A stretch of 36,573 nucleotides of DNA from an uncultured Acidimicrobiales bacterium (GTDB taxonomy: Bacteria > Actinomycetota > Acidimicrobiia > Acidimicrobiales > SHLQ01): contig CBESNZ010000001.1 of the NCBI GenBank assembly GCA_965531045.1, positions 1 to 36,573 of the forward strand. The letters run 5' to 3'. Under the pieces are notes generated by a model. The model was not told the origin of the DNA, did not search any database, and worked only from the letters and a program-made list of their open reading frames with translations. The position numbers and the translations under genes were made by a program. Below are positions 5,737 through 15,508 of this stretch, piece by piece. Every line of letters starts with the position of its first letter. Positions within the stretch are counted from its first letter, which is position 1.

Positions 5737-8079
5737 TCAGGCGTCGACCAGTTCACGCTCGGGTTCGGCGGTGGGCGGACCCGGCTCGTCAGCCTCGACT
5801 GCGTGCCCTTCGACGTCGATCTTGGGCAGGATGCGGTCGAGCCATGCCGGCAGCCACCAGTTTCGGGCGCCGAGCAGTTCCATCGTCGCGGGAACCAACA
5901 ACATGCGCACGAGCGTGGCATCGAGGAACACCGCGCTGGCGAGACCGAAGCCGAACAACTTGATGATGCGATCGTCCTCGAACATGAAGCTGCCGAAGAC
6001 GACGACCATGATCGCGGCCGCCGCGGTGATGACCTGCGCGGTCGCGGCGAGTCCATTGGCCACCGATTCGACCGGGTCGCCGGTCTTGTCGAAATCCTCC
6101 TTGATGCGGGAGAGAAGGAAGACCTCGTAGTCCATCGACAGGCCGAACACGATGGCGAACAACATCATGGGGATGAAGGGCTCGATCGGCGCGCCGCCGG
6201 CCAAACCGAAGATGCTGGCTCCCCAACCCCACTGGAAGATGGCGACCGCCAACCCGTAGGCGGCCGAGATCGACAGCATGTTCATGATGACGGCCTTCAC
6301 CGGCACCAGGAGCGATCGGAACACCGCCATCAACAAGAAGAACGACAGCGCCAGGACCACGCCGAAGAACACCAACAGACGGGCCGACAAGTATTCGGTG
6401 AAGTCGATCGAGGCGGCCGTCGAGCCGGTGACGAACGGCGTCACGTCGGTTCCGGCAACGGCGGCCGGTATGACGTCGTCGCGCAACACGGTGACCAGGT
6501 CTTGGGTCGATTCGTCCTGCGGGCCGCCGGTCGGCACGACCTGGATGATGGCCGCAGTCGGGCTCGTGAGATCGTTCGGCAGCGGTGGGCTGACTTCGGC
6601 GACGAGATCCAATTGACCAATGGTGGCGGACAGGGCGTTGAGGGTTGCGAGATCCTGCGGGCCGGAGATTTCGGTGGCCAGGATCAGCGGTCCGTTGAAA
6701 CCGGGGCCGAAGCCTTCGGCGAGCATGTCGTACGCCCGTCGGGTGGTGGTTTCCTCGCTGAAGTTACCTTCGTCGGAGAAGCCGAGTCGCAAGGACAACA
6801 CCGGGATCGAGAGCACGAGCAGGATCGTCGTGCCGATCGCAGCTGCGGCCAGAGGCCGACGCTGGATGACGCGACTCCAGCGGTACCAGAGGGTCTGGTC
6901 GAGCGGCTTTTGTTTGCGACTGGGCACCTCGGCCTTCAGGCCCGGCACGGCGAAGCCCAAGCTAACGACGGCTACCGCGGCGATGGCGAGACCGGCGGCG
7001 ATTCGCGGATCGAGGTTGAGGCCGATGGTCAGCAAGGCGCCGGCGGTGAGCGCCGATGCCACGAGACCCTTGACCCGGGTGCGTTCGATGCGTTCGCCGG
7101 CGAAGCCGAGGAACGCCGGCAGCAACGTGATCGAGGCCAGCATCGTGACCAGGACCGTGCTGGCCGCGGCGATTCCCAGACCCGACACGAACGGCAGGCC
7201 CATAACCAACATGCCCAGAAGCGACACCACCACGGTGAGGCCGGCGAAGATGACCGCGCGGCCCGACGTGTCAAGAGCAACGGTCGTGGCCTGCTCGGAG
7301 TCGAGCCCAACGTGGAGCCCTTCGCGGTAGCGGGTCACGATGAACAGCGCGTAGTCGATACCAACGCCGAGACCGATCATCGCACCGAGCACCGTCGCGA
7401 AACTCGGCATCGACATGAACGAGGACAACAGCGTGATGATGCCGGTCCCCACGCCGACACCCATGACGGCGACACCGATCGGCAGGCCCATGGCCAGAAC
7501 CGATCCGAACGCCAGAATCAGCACGACGATGGCGAACGCCAGGCCGATCAGCTCGGATTCAGGCGGGTGGAACTCGGCGAGAATCGCGCCGCCGACCTCG
7601 ACGGTCAGGCCATCGATCTGCGGTGCCCGCTCCAAGATTTCCGTGCCCATTGGACCCGTGATCTCCTGGTCGACGTCGCGATCGACGTTGATCGTGGCGA
7701 AGGCGAGCTGACCGGCCAGTTCGCCGTCGGTTGCGATCTGCCGGGCACCCAGCGGGGCGTAGGGACTGATGGTGGAGAGTCCCTCCATCGTGTCGATCGC
7801 TTCGAACAACTCGGTCATGGCCGCTTTGATCTCGGGATCGTCAACGCCTTGTTCAGCCTGGAAGACGACGGTTCCGGTGTAGCCGCTGCCAAAGTCGGGA
7901 AACTGCTCTTTGATGATGTCGAACCCGGTACTGCTGTCCGACTCGGGGCTCGAGGGATTGCCCTCAAAGGTGCCGTTCGCTGCCCGCGCCACGAGCATCA
8001 CGGTGATGAGGCTGAGCACCCACAGGCCGACCGCCCACCAGCGGCGCTGAAAAGACCATCGTCCAAGTTTTACGAGCAC
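5737..8079 (-). CDS. MMPL family (RND superfamily) membrane transporter
   Basis: 780 aa with two 6-TM bundles and soluble loops. The N-terminus (MLVKLGRWSFQRRWWAVGLWVLSLI) and C-terminus (ELLGARNWWLPAWLDRILPKIDVEG) are typical MMPL signatures. Confidence 0.9.
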   Translation of the reverse strand: MLVKLGRWSFQRRWWAVGLWVLSLITVMLVARAANGTFEGNPSSPESDSSTGFDIIKEQFPDFGSGYTGTVVFQAEQGVDDPEIKAAMTELFEAIDTMEGLSTISPYAPLGARQIATDGELAGQLAFATINVDRDVDQEITGPMGTEILERAPQIDGLTVEVGGAILAEFHPPESELIGLAFAIVVLILAFGSVLAMGLPIGVAVMGVGVGTGIITLLSSFMSMPSFATVLGAMIGLGVGIDYALFIVTRYREGLHVGLDSEQATTVALDTSGRAVIFAGLTVVVSLLGMLVMGLPFVSGLGIAAASTVLVTMLASITLLPAFLGFAGERIERTRVKGLVASALTAGALLTIGLNLDPRIAAGLAIAAVAVVSLGFAVPGLKAEVPSRKQKPLDQTLWYRWSRVIQRRPLAAAAIGTTILLVLSIPVLSLRLGFSDEGNFSEETTTRRAYDMLAEGFGPGFNGPLILATEISGPQDLATLNALSATIGQLDLVAEVSPPLPNDLTSPTAAIIQVVPTGGPQDESTQDLVTVLRDDVIPAAVAGTDVTPFVTGSTAASIDFTEYLSARLLVFFGVVLALSFFLLMAVFRSLLVPVKAVIMNMLSISAAYGLAVAIFQWGWGASIFGLAGGAPIEPFIPMMLFAIVFGLSMDYEVFLLSRIKEDFDKTGDPVESVANGLAATAQVITAAAAIMVVVFGSFMFEDDRIIKLFGFGLASAVFLDATLVRMLLVPATMELLGARNWWLPAWLDRILPKIDVEGHAVEADEPGPPTAEPERELVDA

Positions 8080-8100
8080 GGGAGCCTCCGGGGCATTGAT

Positions 8101-8132
8101 GTCCGTGAATACGGACCGATATCCGTGAATAC
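8101..8132. promoter_or_regulatory. Putative operator upstream of the MMPL gene: palindrome GTCCGT-gaat-ACGGAC plus an 11-bp direct repeat TCCGTGAATAC x2 (period 20 bp)
   Basis: Read directly. The repeat copies are at 8102-8112 and 8122-8132 and the palindrome at 8101-8116. The motif lies 22-53 nt upstream of the MMPL start (8079). Confidence 0.45.
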
Positions 8133-8215
8133 AGGCTACGAATCGGCCAAAGGACTACCCCGCTGAGGGCGATGCGCCATCGGTCACACGGCGAACCGCG
8201 TACCGCCGGCGAGTT

Positions 8216-9667
8216 TCAGACCGAAGCGGGCTCTTGGCCGACGATCCAGTCTTTGAGTCGGGAGGCGGAATCGTCCTCGAGGCGGGCACGGAATCGCATG
8301 CCGGCGTCCTCGGCGGTCTCGACCAGAACTTGCCCCTCGCGATGCACCTGCGCAATGACATCGCCCCGTTCGAACGGAACGAACAGTTCGGTGACCACGG
8401 TCATCGAACGAAGCCGGTCGCCGATGGCGGCGAGCAGGTCGTCGACGCCTTCCCCGGTCTGGGCCGACACGGCGACGGACCCTTCTCGACGCGCGGCGCG
8501 GGCGGCAACATCGGGGCTCTGGTCGAGCTTGTTGAAGACCACCAACTCGGGCACGTCGCCGGCGCCGATCTCGATGAGGACGTCGCGTACCGCGGCCATG
8601 TCGCCGTCGGGATCGGGACCCGACCCATCGACGATGTGGACCAAGAGGTCGGCATCGATCACCACGTCGAGGGTCGACCGGAAGGCCTCGACCAATTGGT
8701 GGGGAAGTTTGCGAACGAACCCAACCGTGTCGGTGACGAAGACCTTCTCGCCGCCGGGCAGTTGCAGCTGACGAGTGGTGGCATCGAGCGTGGCGAACAA
8801 ACGATCCTCGACCAGGACACCCGCATCGGTGAAGCGGTTGAGCACCGTCGACTTTCCGGCGTTGGTATAGCCGACCAACGCCACCGAGCGATTTGCCGTC
8901 CGGCGTCGTTGTTTGGATTGCGTCGAGCGGTTCTTCTTGACCTTGCGCAGTTGCTCCTCGAGCTTGTGCATTCGCCGCACCAATCGCCGACGGTCCACCT
9001 CGAGTTGGGTCTCGCCGGGACCGCGGGTGCCGATGCCGCCGCCTTGCTGGCTGAGCTTCTTGCCCATGCCCCGCAAGCGCGGCAAACGATACTTCAGCTG
9101 CGCCAGTTCGACCTGCGCCTTGCCCTCGGGACTACTGGCATTCTGGGCAAAGATGTCGAGGATGACCGCCGTGCGGTCGAGGGCTGTGCGTTTGAGGATC
9201 TTTTCGAGATTGAACTGTTGGGCGGGGCTGAGCTCGTTGTCGAACACGACCGTGTCGCAGTCGAGCTCCTCGCTGATGTACTTGACCTCCTCGACCTTCC
9301 CCTTGCCGATGAAGGTGGCGGGGTCCGGACGTTGACGCCGTTGATCGATTCGGGCAACCGGATCGGCGCCGGCGGTATCGACCAGCAGCGCAAGTTCGTC
9401 GAGCCCTGCCTCGGTGTCCGCGTCGGTTTCGCCGTCGAGCGTCACGCCGACGAGAACGATGCGCTCACGGAATGACCGCTCGATGAGGCCGCCGGATTCG
9501 CCGCCGAAATCACCGAACGCGCCGCGGTGGCTCTCGCCCGGCGCAGTCTGGTCGCCGGCGGCCAGATCGTCGTCGGGCTCATCCTCGTCGGGGGCCATGT
9601 CGACAGCCGCAACGGGGAGCTCGGCTTCGTCGATCTCGTGTTCTGGGCGATCGTCTTCGTTACCCAC
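8216..9667 (-). CDS. hflX: GTPase HflX
   Basis: HflX N-domain (FIGKGK.EE...; GTRGPGETQLE.DRR) and G-domain (VALVGYTNAGKST..N; DTVGF; NK.D). The GTG start overlaps the dapF stop by 8 nt. The exact start is uncertain because the N-terminal tail is acidic and low-complexity. Confidence 0.9.
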   Translation of the reverse strand: MGNEDDRPEHEIDEAELPVAAVDMAPDEDEPDDDLAAGDQTAPGESHRGAFGDFGGESGGLIERSFRERIVLVGVTLDGETDADTEAGLDELALLVDTAGADPVARIDQRRQRPDPATFIGKGKVEEVKYISEELDCDTVVFDNELSPAQQFNLEKILKRTALDRTAVILDIFAQNASSPEGKAQVELAQLKYRLPRLRGMGKKLSQQGGGIGTRGPGETQLEVDRRRLVRRMHKLEEQLRKVKKNRSTQSKQRRRTANRSVALVGYTNAGKSTVLNRFTDAGVLVEDRLFATLDATTRQLQLPGGEKVFVTDTVGFVRKLPHQLVEAFRSTLDVVIDADLLVHIVDGSGPDPDGDMAAVRDVLIEIGAGDVPELVVFNKLDQSPDVAARAARREGSVAVSAQTGEGVDDLLAAIGDRLRSMTVVTELFVPFERGDVIAQVHREGQVLVETAEDAGMRFRARLEDDSASRLKDWIVGQEPASV

Positions 9668-10511
9668 AGGGCACCGTGACCTTTCCGACGTATGTCGTGG
9701 ACCCGGTGAGGACCACCGCGTTACCTTCGAGGGTCACCGTGGCCGCTCCCCCGGGCATGTGGACCTCGACGCGGTCGCCCACGAGTCCTTGCGAGCGGGC
9801 TGCGAACGCGACGACCGAAGCACCGCTGCCGCACGCCTGGGTGATACCGGCGCCACGCTCCCACACTCGCATCGTGATGGTGTCGGGACCACTGACGGCG
9901 ATGACGTGCACGTTGATACCGCCCAGCACCTTCTCGACCGCGGTCCCGAAGGAGGGCAGGTCGACGGCTTCGGGGTCGGCCACCACAAACACGATGTGGG
10001 GGTTTCCCACGTCGCCGGTGAACCATCGGGCGTTGGCGTCCGCCGGCAAAACACCACCGGCCTCGGCCACCTGTTGCAGGAAATCCGCGGGAACGTCGAC
10101 GCCGGGACGAACCTCGCCCATCTCGACACTGGCGACCCCTTTAACCCGGTCGTCGAGCCGAACGTCGACCAGCCGCTCACCGGCCAACGTGTGGGCCGCG
10201 ATGGCGAGCCGATCGACTCCCTGGGCCATGGCGATCGCCTGGCCGAAGCACCGCAATCCGTTGCCCGACACCTCGGCGGCCGAGCCGTCGCTGTTGAACA
10301 GGCGAAACTCCCAGGATTGTGGCTGGGTGGTGTCGTTCAGCGGAGTGGCAAAGATCAGTCCGTCGGCACCGACGCCGGTCTGACGGTCACACATCGATAA
10401 CGCCAACGCCGCGGCCCTGCCGTCGGGCCACACATCAGGAGATGTTGGTCCGAGCGCGACCAAGAAGTCGTTGCCGAGTCCGTGGTGTTTGGTGAGCGAA
10501 AGCTCGGTCAT
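9660..10511 (-). CDS. dapF: Diaminopimelate epimerase
   Basis: MTELSLTKHHGLGNDFLV... (GNDF motif), catalytic Cys contexts (SGNGLRC, ACGSGA). The start at 10511 is chosen over the 10931 ORF start because that extension lacks homology-like sequence. Confidence 0.9.
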   Translation of the reverse strand: MTELSLTKHHGLGNDFLVALGPTSPDVWPDGRAAALALSMCDRQTGVGADGLIFATPLNDTTQPQSWEFRLFNSDGSAAEVSGNGLRCFGQAIAMAQGVDRLAIAAHTLAGERLVDVRLDDRVKGVASVEMGEVRPGVDVPADFLQQVAEAGGVLPADANARWFTGDVGNPHIVFVVADPEAVDLPSFGTAVEKVLGGINVHVIAVSGPDTITMRVWERGAGITQACGSGASVVAFAARSQGLVGDRVEVHMPGGAATVTLEGNAVVLTGSTTYVGKVTVPCG

Positions 10512-10599
10512 GTGATGCTTCCAACCGGCAGGGTGGCGTAAGTGTTCCGCAGCTGCAGCCGGCTGGCCATCGAATTTGTCGACGGCGACGAGGTTGCTC

Positions 10600-11421
10600 T
10601 CAACCCTGGGAGATTCCGGTGATGAGCTCGAGCATCGTGGTGCCGCAGATTTCTTGGGTCGCGCTGTTCGGATCGAGCTCGGCGGACTCGCCGAAGTCGC
10701 CGAGCTCCTCGGCCAAACATGCCGCCAACTCTTCGTCGACGCCGAACATCTGTTGGAACACCGCCGCCTGGGCCTCGGTATCGGACAAACCTTCCAACGA
10801 ACCAATGTCGAGTCCCGGAATCGTGACATCGACGCTGTCGTCGACCTCCAACCCACAAACCTGCTCGAGGTATTGGGTGACTCGATCACCTGCGGCGTCG
10901 GCCTCGGTGGTGTCGATGTCGTCCATCGCATCGGCGAATTCGGGGCTGAGCACGTTCCCGTCCGCGGATCGGATCACATCGGCGAATTGTTCGGTCATCA
11001 CCCGAATCGTGTCGACATCGTCACGGATTTCGTTGGGCGCACTTCTGACCATGTCGGCGAGCGCGGCAGCACTGTCGTCGAAGAACTTGGGATCGTTGAA
11101 GTCGAGACTGCTCGCCGGACGGGATTCGTCATAGGCGATGGCCTGCCGGCAAAAATCGCTGTTGCTGTCCCCGCCGAAGTTGACCGAATCCGCATCGTCG
11201 GACGAGTCATCATCCCCGGAAGCATCGTCCCCGGAGGCATCGTCGCCACCTGCGGTCCCGTCGTCTCCGGTGCTGTCGCCGGCTGAAGCATCGGTACCGG
11301 CTGTCGCCGCGTCCAGGTCGTCAGACGAGCACGCAGCAGCCAAGAACCCGAGCGCCGCCAGCACGGCGAGAAGTCGAAGAACCGTGTGTCGTGCATCTGT
11401 GGGTTGTCCCGCTTTTTTCAT
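10600..11421 (-). CDS. Hypothetical acidic lipoprotein
   Basis: MKKAGQPTDARHTVLRLLAVLAALGFLAAAC has a lipobox A-A-A-C. It is followed by a D/S/G-rich linker (GDDASGDDASGDDDSSDD), encoded partly by a 15-bp tandem repeat at 11214-11243. GGAGGA RBS. The ATG overlaps the miaA stop (ATGA). Confidence 0.7.
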   Translation of the reverse strand: MKKAGQPTDARHTVLRLLAVLAALGFLAAACSSDDLDAATAGTDASAGDSTGDDGTAGGDDASGDDASGDDDSSDDADSVNFGGDSNSDFCRQAIAYDESRPASSLDFNDPKFFDDSAAALADMVRSAPNEIRDDVDTIRVMTEQFADVIRSADGNVLSPEFADAMDDIDTTEADAAGDRVTQYLEQVCGLEVDDSVDVTIPGLDIGSLEGLSDTEAQAAVFQQMFGVDEELAACLAEELGDFGESAELDPNSATQEICGTTMLELITGISQG

Positions 11422-12323
11422 TCCTCCACCGTACCGCTCAGGCGTTGCAGCTCCAGCGCGCCCGCCTCGGCATCGCCGGATGTCTCGATCCAACGGATGC
11501 GGGGGTCGCGGCGAAACCACCGCTCCTGACGGCGAGCGAACCGACGGGTCCGGAACACCGCTTTCTGCAGCGCATCCTCGACCGTCGCGTCGCCACGAAC
11601 AACTGCGAGAAGCTCCTTGTACCCGAGCGCCTGGGACGCCGTGACGCCCAATCGATCCGGTCCGGCGAGCGCCGTGACTTCTGAGAGAAACCCCGCCGCC
11701 ATCTGCTGTTCGTACCGCTGCGCGATTCGAGCATTGAGCAGTTCGCGATCCATACGCAGACCGAAGAGCGCGATTTCGGTGTCGGGGAACGCCGTCATGC
11801 CGGGGCCGAACGACGAGAACGGCCGACCGGAGCCAAGACACACCTCGAGCGCCCGCACGATCCGCCTGCGGTTTGTGGGCTCCATCTTCTCGGCCGCCGA
11901 CGGATCGAACTCAGACAGCTGTCGATACATATCGGACGTTTCTCGACCGGCCTCGAGCTGGGCCCGGATCTCGGGATAGCGATCGGGCAGCTCGAGCCGG
12001 TCGACCAACACCTGAAAGTACAGCCCGGTTCCGCCGACCAACAGCGCCCGCTTGCCCCGCACTGCGATGTCGGCCATGACGGCGTCGTAGGCCTCACGAA
12101 ACTCGGCGAGCGAGAAATCCTGGTCCGGGTCGACGAGATCGATCAGGTGGTGCCGAACCTGGCCCTGTTCCTCTGCGGTTGGCTTCGCCGTCCCGATATC
12201 CATCCCTCGATACACCTGCATCGAATCGATGCTTACCAGCTCGACGTCTCCCTCGAGCTCGGCGTACCGGAGTGCAATCGCGGACTTCCCCGACGCAGTC
12301 GGGCCGACCAGTGCCAGGTGCAC
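11418..12323 (-). CDS. miaA: tRNA dimethylallyltransferase
   Basis: LVGPTASGKSAIAL (P-loop), SIDSMQVYRGMDIGTAKPT. The GTG start overlaps the miaB stop by 1 nt (TAGTG). Confidence 0.93.
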   Translation of the reverse strand: MHLALVGPTASGKSAIALRYAELEGDVELVSIDSMQVYRGMDIGTAKPTAEEQGQVRHHLIDLVDPDQDFSLAEFREAYDAVMADIAVRGKRALLVGGTGLYFQVLVDRLELPDRYPEIRAQLEAGRETSDMYRQLSEFDPSAAEKMEPTNRRRIVRALEVCLGSGRPFSSFGPGMTAFPDTEIALFGLRMDRELLNARIAQRYEQQMAAGFLSEVTALAGPDRLGVTASQALGYKELLAVVRGDATVEDALQKAVFRTRRFARRQERWFRRDPRIRWIETSGDAEAGALELQRLSGTVEE

Positions 12324-13786
12324 TAGATCGAGGCGACAGGGATATGGGTCTTGTGACGGGGCGATGCAGTGACCTCGATGAGCTCGCCCATCAGATAGTG
12401 CGTCTTGGCGTCGATGACGGTGACCGTTGCCACCGATCCGGCCTTGATCGGCGCCGTTGACGTGAAGTGCACCAGCTTGTTCTGACGGGTCCGTCCGCTC
12501 ATCACGGCCTTGTCGCGTTTGCTCGGGCCCTCGACCACCACCTCTTCGGTGCGGCCGACCCGGGCGCGGTGCCGGCCCAGGGCCGAGCGCTCGGTGACGG
12601 CCCGAAGTCGCTCATAACGAGCGTTCGTCACCGCGGGATCGACAAAGTGGTCGACCAATTCGGCAGCCTCGGTTCCGCCGCGGGGCGAGTACTCGAACGT
12701 GTAGGCCGAGTCGTAGTTCGCTTCGGCCACCACCTCGAGCGTGGCCTCGAAGTCGGCGTCGGTCTCGCCTGGAAAGCCGACGATGATGTCGGTGCTGACG
12801 GCAAGGTCGTCGATGCCGGCGCGTGCGGCGGCGAGCTTCTCGAGGTACCGCTCGGCGGTATACCCCCGGTGCATGGCAGCCAGAACGGTGTCGCTTCCCG
12901 ACTGCAACGGCAGATGCAGGTGTTCGCACACCTCCGGCGTTTCGGCCATCGCGGCGATGGTCTCGGGCCGCAGATCCTTGGGATGTGGGCTCGTATAGCG
13001 AACCCGTTCGATCCCTTCGACTGCACCGACCAGACGAAGCAGGTCGGAGAACAGCGGCCGAGGTTTGCGTTTCCCCTCGGCAACCCATAGCTCGCCGGCC
13101 TCGTAGGCATCGGCCGGTGTCGCATCGATCGACCGCAGCCGGAGGGTGAGGTCGCGGCCATAGGAGTTGACGTTCTGGCCCAGCAACGTCACTTCGCTGA
13201 CGCCGGACGCGGCGAGGCGTTCGGCTTCGGCCAGCAATTCGCCGAACGGACGGCTGATCTCGGGGCCGCGCACGGAAGGGACAATGCAGAAGGCGCAGCT
13301 GTTGTCGCAGCCGATCTGGATCGTCATCCACGCGGCGTACGGCACCTCGCGCTTGGCCGGCAGCGCCGAAGGGAACGACGCCAGGTCGTCGCGAGCGGTC
13401 TCCTCGAGGATCTCCATGACAGGGCCATTGGCCCTGGCGTCGGCGAGCAACTCGGTCGCCCGATGCACATTGTGGGTACCGAACACCACGTCGACGTGAC
13501 CGGCGCGCTCCTGAATCAGATCGCGGTCCTTCTGGGCCAGGCAGCCGCCGACCATGATCTTCAGCTCGGGGTTCTTGTCCTTGAGTTGCTTCATCATGCC
13601 GAGCGTGCCGTACAGCTTGTTGTCGGCGTTCTCGCGAATGCAGCAGGTGTTCAGGACGATCACGTCGGCGTCGCCCTGCCCGTCGGCGGGCACCATGCCG
13701 TCGGCTTCGAGAAGCCCGGCAATGCGTTCGGAATCGTGTTCGTTCATCTGACACCCGTGGGTGTGGATGAGATAGCGCTCGGTCAC
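12323..13786 (-). CDS. miaB: tRNA-2-methylthio-N6-dimethylallyladenosine synthase (radical SAM methylthiotransferase)
   Basis: YLIHTHGCQMNEHDSE (UPF0004 domain), CDNSCAFCIVP (radical SAM CxxxCxxC), C-terminal TRAM domain. GTG at 13786 is chosen because the ORF extension to 13918 would overlap the upstream gene, which ends at 13815. Confidence 0.9.
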   Translation of the reverse strand: MTERYLIHTHGCQMNEHDSERIAGLLEADGMVPADGQGDADVIVLNTCCIRENADNKLYGTLGMMKQLKDKNPELKIMVGGCLAQKDRDLIQERAGHVDVVFGTHNVHRATELLADARANGPVMEILEETARDDLASFPSALPAKREVPYAAWMTIQIGCDNSCAFCIVPSVRGPEISRPFGELLAEAERLAASGVSEVTLLGQNVNSYGRDLTLRLRSIDATPADAYEAGELWVAEGKRKPRPLFSDLLRLVGAVEGIERVRYTSPHPKDLRPETIAAMAETPEVCEHLHLPLQSGSDTVLAAMHRGYTAERYLEKLAAARAGIDDLAVSTDIIVGFPGETDADFEATLEVVAEANYDSAYTFEYSPRGGTEAAELVDHFVDPAVTNARYERLRAVTERSALGRHRARVGRTEEVVVEGPSKRDKAVMSGRTRQNKLVHFTSTAPIKAGSVATVTVIDAKTHYLMGELIEVTASPRHKTHIPVASI

Positions 13787-13814
13787 ACCGCTCAGGGTAT
13801 TGCGTTCCCTGCGA

Positions 13815-14912
13815 CTACGGGTCCACAAAGGTTGCGTACCCGCTGGCGTTGTCGATCGTTTGCTGGTCACCCGAAGCAAGGTCGACGAAGATCGGAGACT
13901 GGCTCGGGTACGACTCATCTTCGAGCGACCGCGAGATCAAGGCCGTCGTGCCATCGAAATCGAGGAAGAACGGTGTGGCGTCCGGGGTGTCGAGCTCGAC
14001 CTCGGCCAGGACCGCCCCGGTGAGTGACTCCCGCTGCACGACAAACCACGGATCGGTGGAGATCTCCCCGGCGGCGCCGATCCAATCGGGCCCCGAGAGG
14101 TAGGCGTACGTCTCCCCGTCAGGGCTCTGCACCGCCTGAATCACCAGCGGAGGATTGTTGTAGTCGATGCCGTCGGTTGGACTCGGCCGCTCGAGGAGCG
14201 CACCGCCCCCGTACCCGCGCCAGAACACCGTCTCAGTGAGGTCCGAGTAGTAACTCCCGAGCAGGTCGGGACCGAAGGAGAATCGATTGGGAGTTGATTC
14301 GGCGGCCCAGCCCAGGCCCGATTCGGCGGCCGGCGATCCGTCGAAGAACCCCAGCCACAGGGGGCCATCTTCCTCCGTCCCTTCGAAACCCGGCGACGTA
14401 TCGATGAAGGCGAACCTCGGCTCACCGTCGATGCGTCCGGCCTCGAGCAGGAACGGTTTGGGGAACTCGGCCAATTCCACCGGCGCCGAGTCGGACGACA
14501 GGTCGAGGGTGGCGATGCGGAGGGTCGAACCGTCGGCGAGCGGGGCTTCGATCTGCACGACCAATTGGTCACCGACCTGCCACGCCGGTCCGACCCGTTC
14601 GCCCTCGGCACCAAGCCGATCGACGACATCGACTCCGTCGCGATGCAAACGGGTGACGTCGAGACCGCTGCTCAGCAGAATCTGGGCCCCGTCGGCCGCA
14701 GCCGGGTACTGCACTTCAACGGGATTGGCCTGGCTCGATTCGGCGGGCGCCGAGGTCGTGGCCGCGCTCGCCGCCAGCGTGGGCTCGACTGTGGGAACCA
14801 CCCGGCCAGACGTCGTCGGAGCCGACGGGGGCGTCGTTCTGACCTCACGTGCGGATGAGGAACAGGCCCCACCCAGCACGAGGAGCACTCCCGCTATGAC
14901 AACCCTTCGCAT
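13815..14912 (-). CDS. Hypothetical lipoprotein
   Basis: MRRVVIAGVLLVLGGAC (lipobox L-G-G-A-C) followed by a Pro/Thr/Ser/Ala linker. I recognise no family. Confidence 0.65.
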   Translation of the reverse strand: MRRVVIAGVLLVLGGACSSSAREVRTTPPSAPTTSGRVVPTVEPTLAASAATTSAPAESSQANPVEVQYPAAADGAQILLSSGLDVTRLHRDGVDVVDRLGAEGERVGPAWQVGDQLVVQIEAPLADGSTLRIATLDLSSDSAPVELAEFPKPFLLEAGRIDGEPRFAFIDTSPGFEGTEEDGPLWLGFFDGSPAAESGLGWAAESTPNRFSFGPDLLGSYYSDLTETVFWRGYGGGALLERPSPTDGIDYNNPPLVIQAVQSPDGETYAYLSGPDWIGAAGEISTDPWFVVQRESLTGAVLAEVELDTPDATPFFLDFDGTTALISRSLEDESYPSQSPIFVDLASGDQQTIDNASGYATFVDP

Positions 14913-15035
14913 CGCCCGACCTTAGGTCGCCGAGTCTCGCCGCGACCCTCACGAGATTCCGGCAGCGCGCCGGCCCCCGTTTCGGGCACACTGAGCACCA
15001 AGCTGCAGGGCACATCGCGCCCAAAACAGGAATGG

Positions 15036-15434
15036 ATGGCAATTGCCATGAGTATCGGCGACGAGAAGTACGTCAGTTTCACCACGTTTCGCAAGAACGG
15101 CGACGCCAAGGCCGCAGCGGTGTGGATTGCCGACCTTGGCGACGGGACGCTTGGATTCACCACGGACGCCGATTCCTGGAAGGCGAAACGGCTTGCGAAC
15201 GACAATCGCATTCAGATGCAACCGTGCAACTCGCGCGGCAAGGTCGCTGCTGGCGACATCGTGGTGGACGGCACCGCCGTGGTGGTCGACAGCGGCGCCG
15301 ATTTTGACCGGGTCGATGCGGCCATTGGCAAGAAATACGGCTACCAGCGCACGTTGCTTCAGATCACCAACAAGCTGCGAAGCCTCATCGGCAAGGGGCA
15401 CGACACCGCCGTCGTCGTTGTGACGCCAAGCTAG
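15036..15434 (+). CDS. PPOX-class (pyridoxamine 5'-phosphate oxidase-like, probable F420/FMN-binding) small split-barrel protein
   Basis: KYVSFTTFRKNGDAKAAAVWIADLGDGTLGFTTDADSWKAKRLANDNRIQMQPCNSRGK resembles the actinobacterial PPOX-class F420-dependent enzyme family. The start could be 15048. Confidence 0.65.
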   Translation: MAIAMSIGDEKYVSFTTFRKNGDAKAAAVWIADLGDGTLGFTTDADSWKAKRLANDNRIQMQPCNSRGKVAAGDIVVDGTAVVVDSGADFDRVDAAIGKKYGYQRTLLQITNKLRSLIGKGHDTAVVVVTPS

Positions 15435-15477
15435 CGACGTACAAGGCGCGCAACACGGAGAAGCGAGGCCGAAACGA

Positions 15478-15508
15478 CGAATGCGCTGCCCAAGGGGCAG
15501 CGCATTCG
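15478..15508. terminator. Bidirectional hairpin terminator between the PPOX-like gene and recA
   Basis: 14-bp perfect stem CGAATGCGCTGCCC / GGGCAGCGCATTCG with loop AAG. There is no strong U-tract, which is common in high-GC actinobacteria. Confidence 0.7.
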
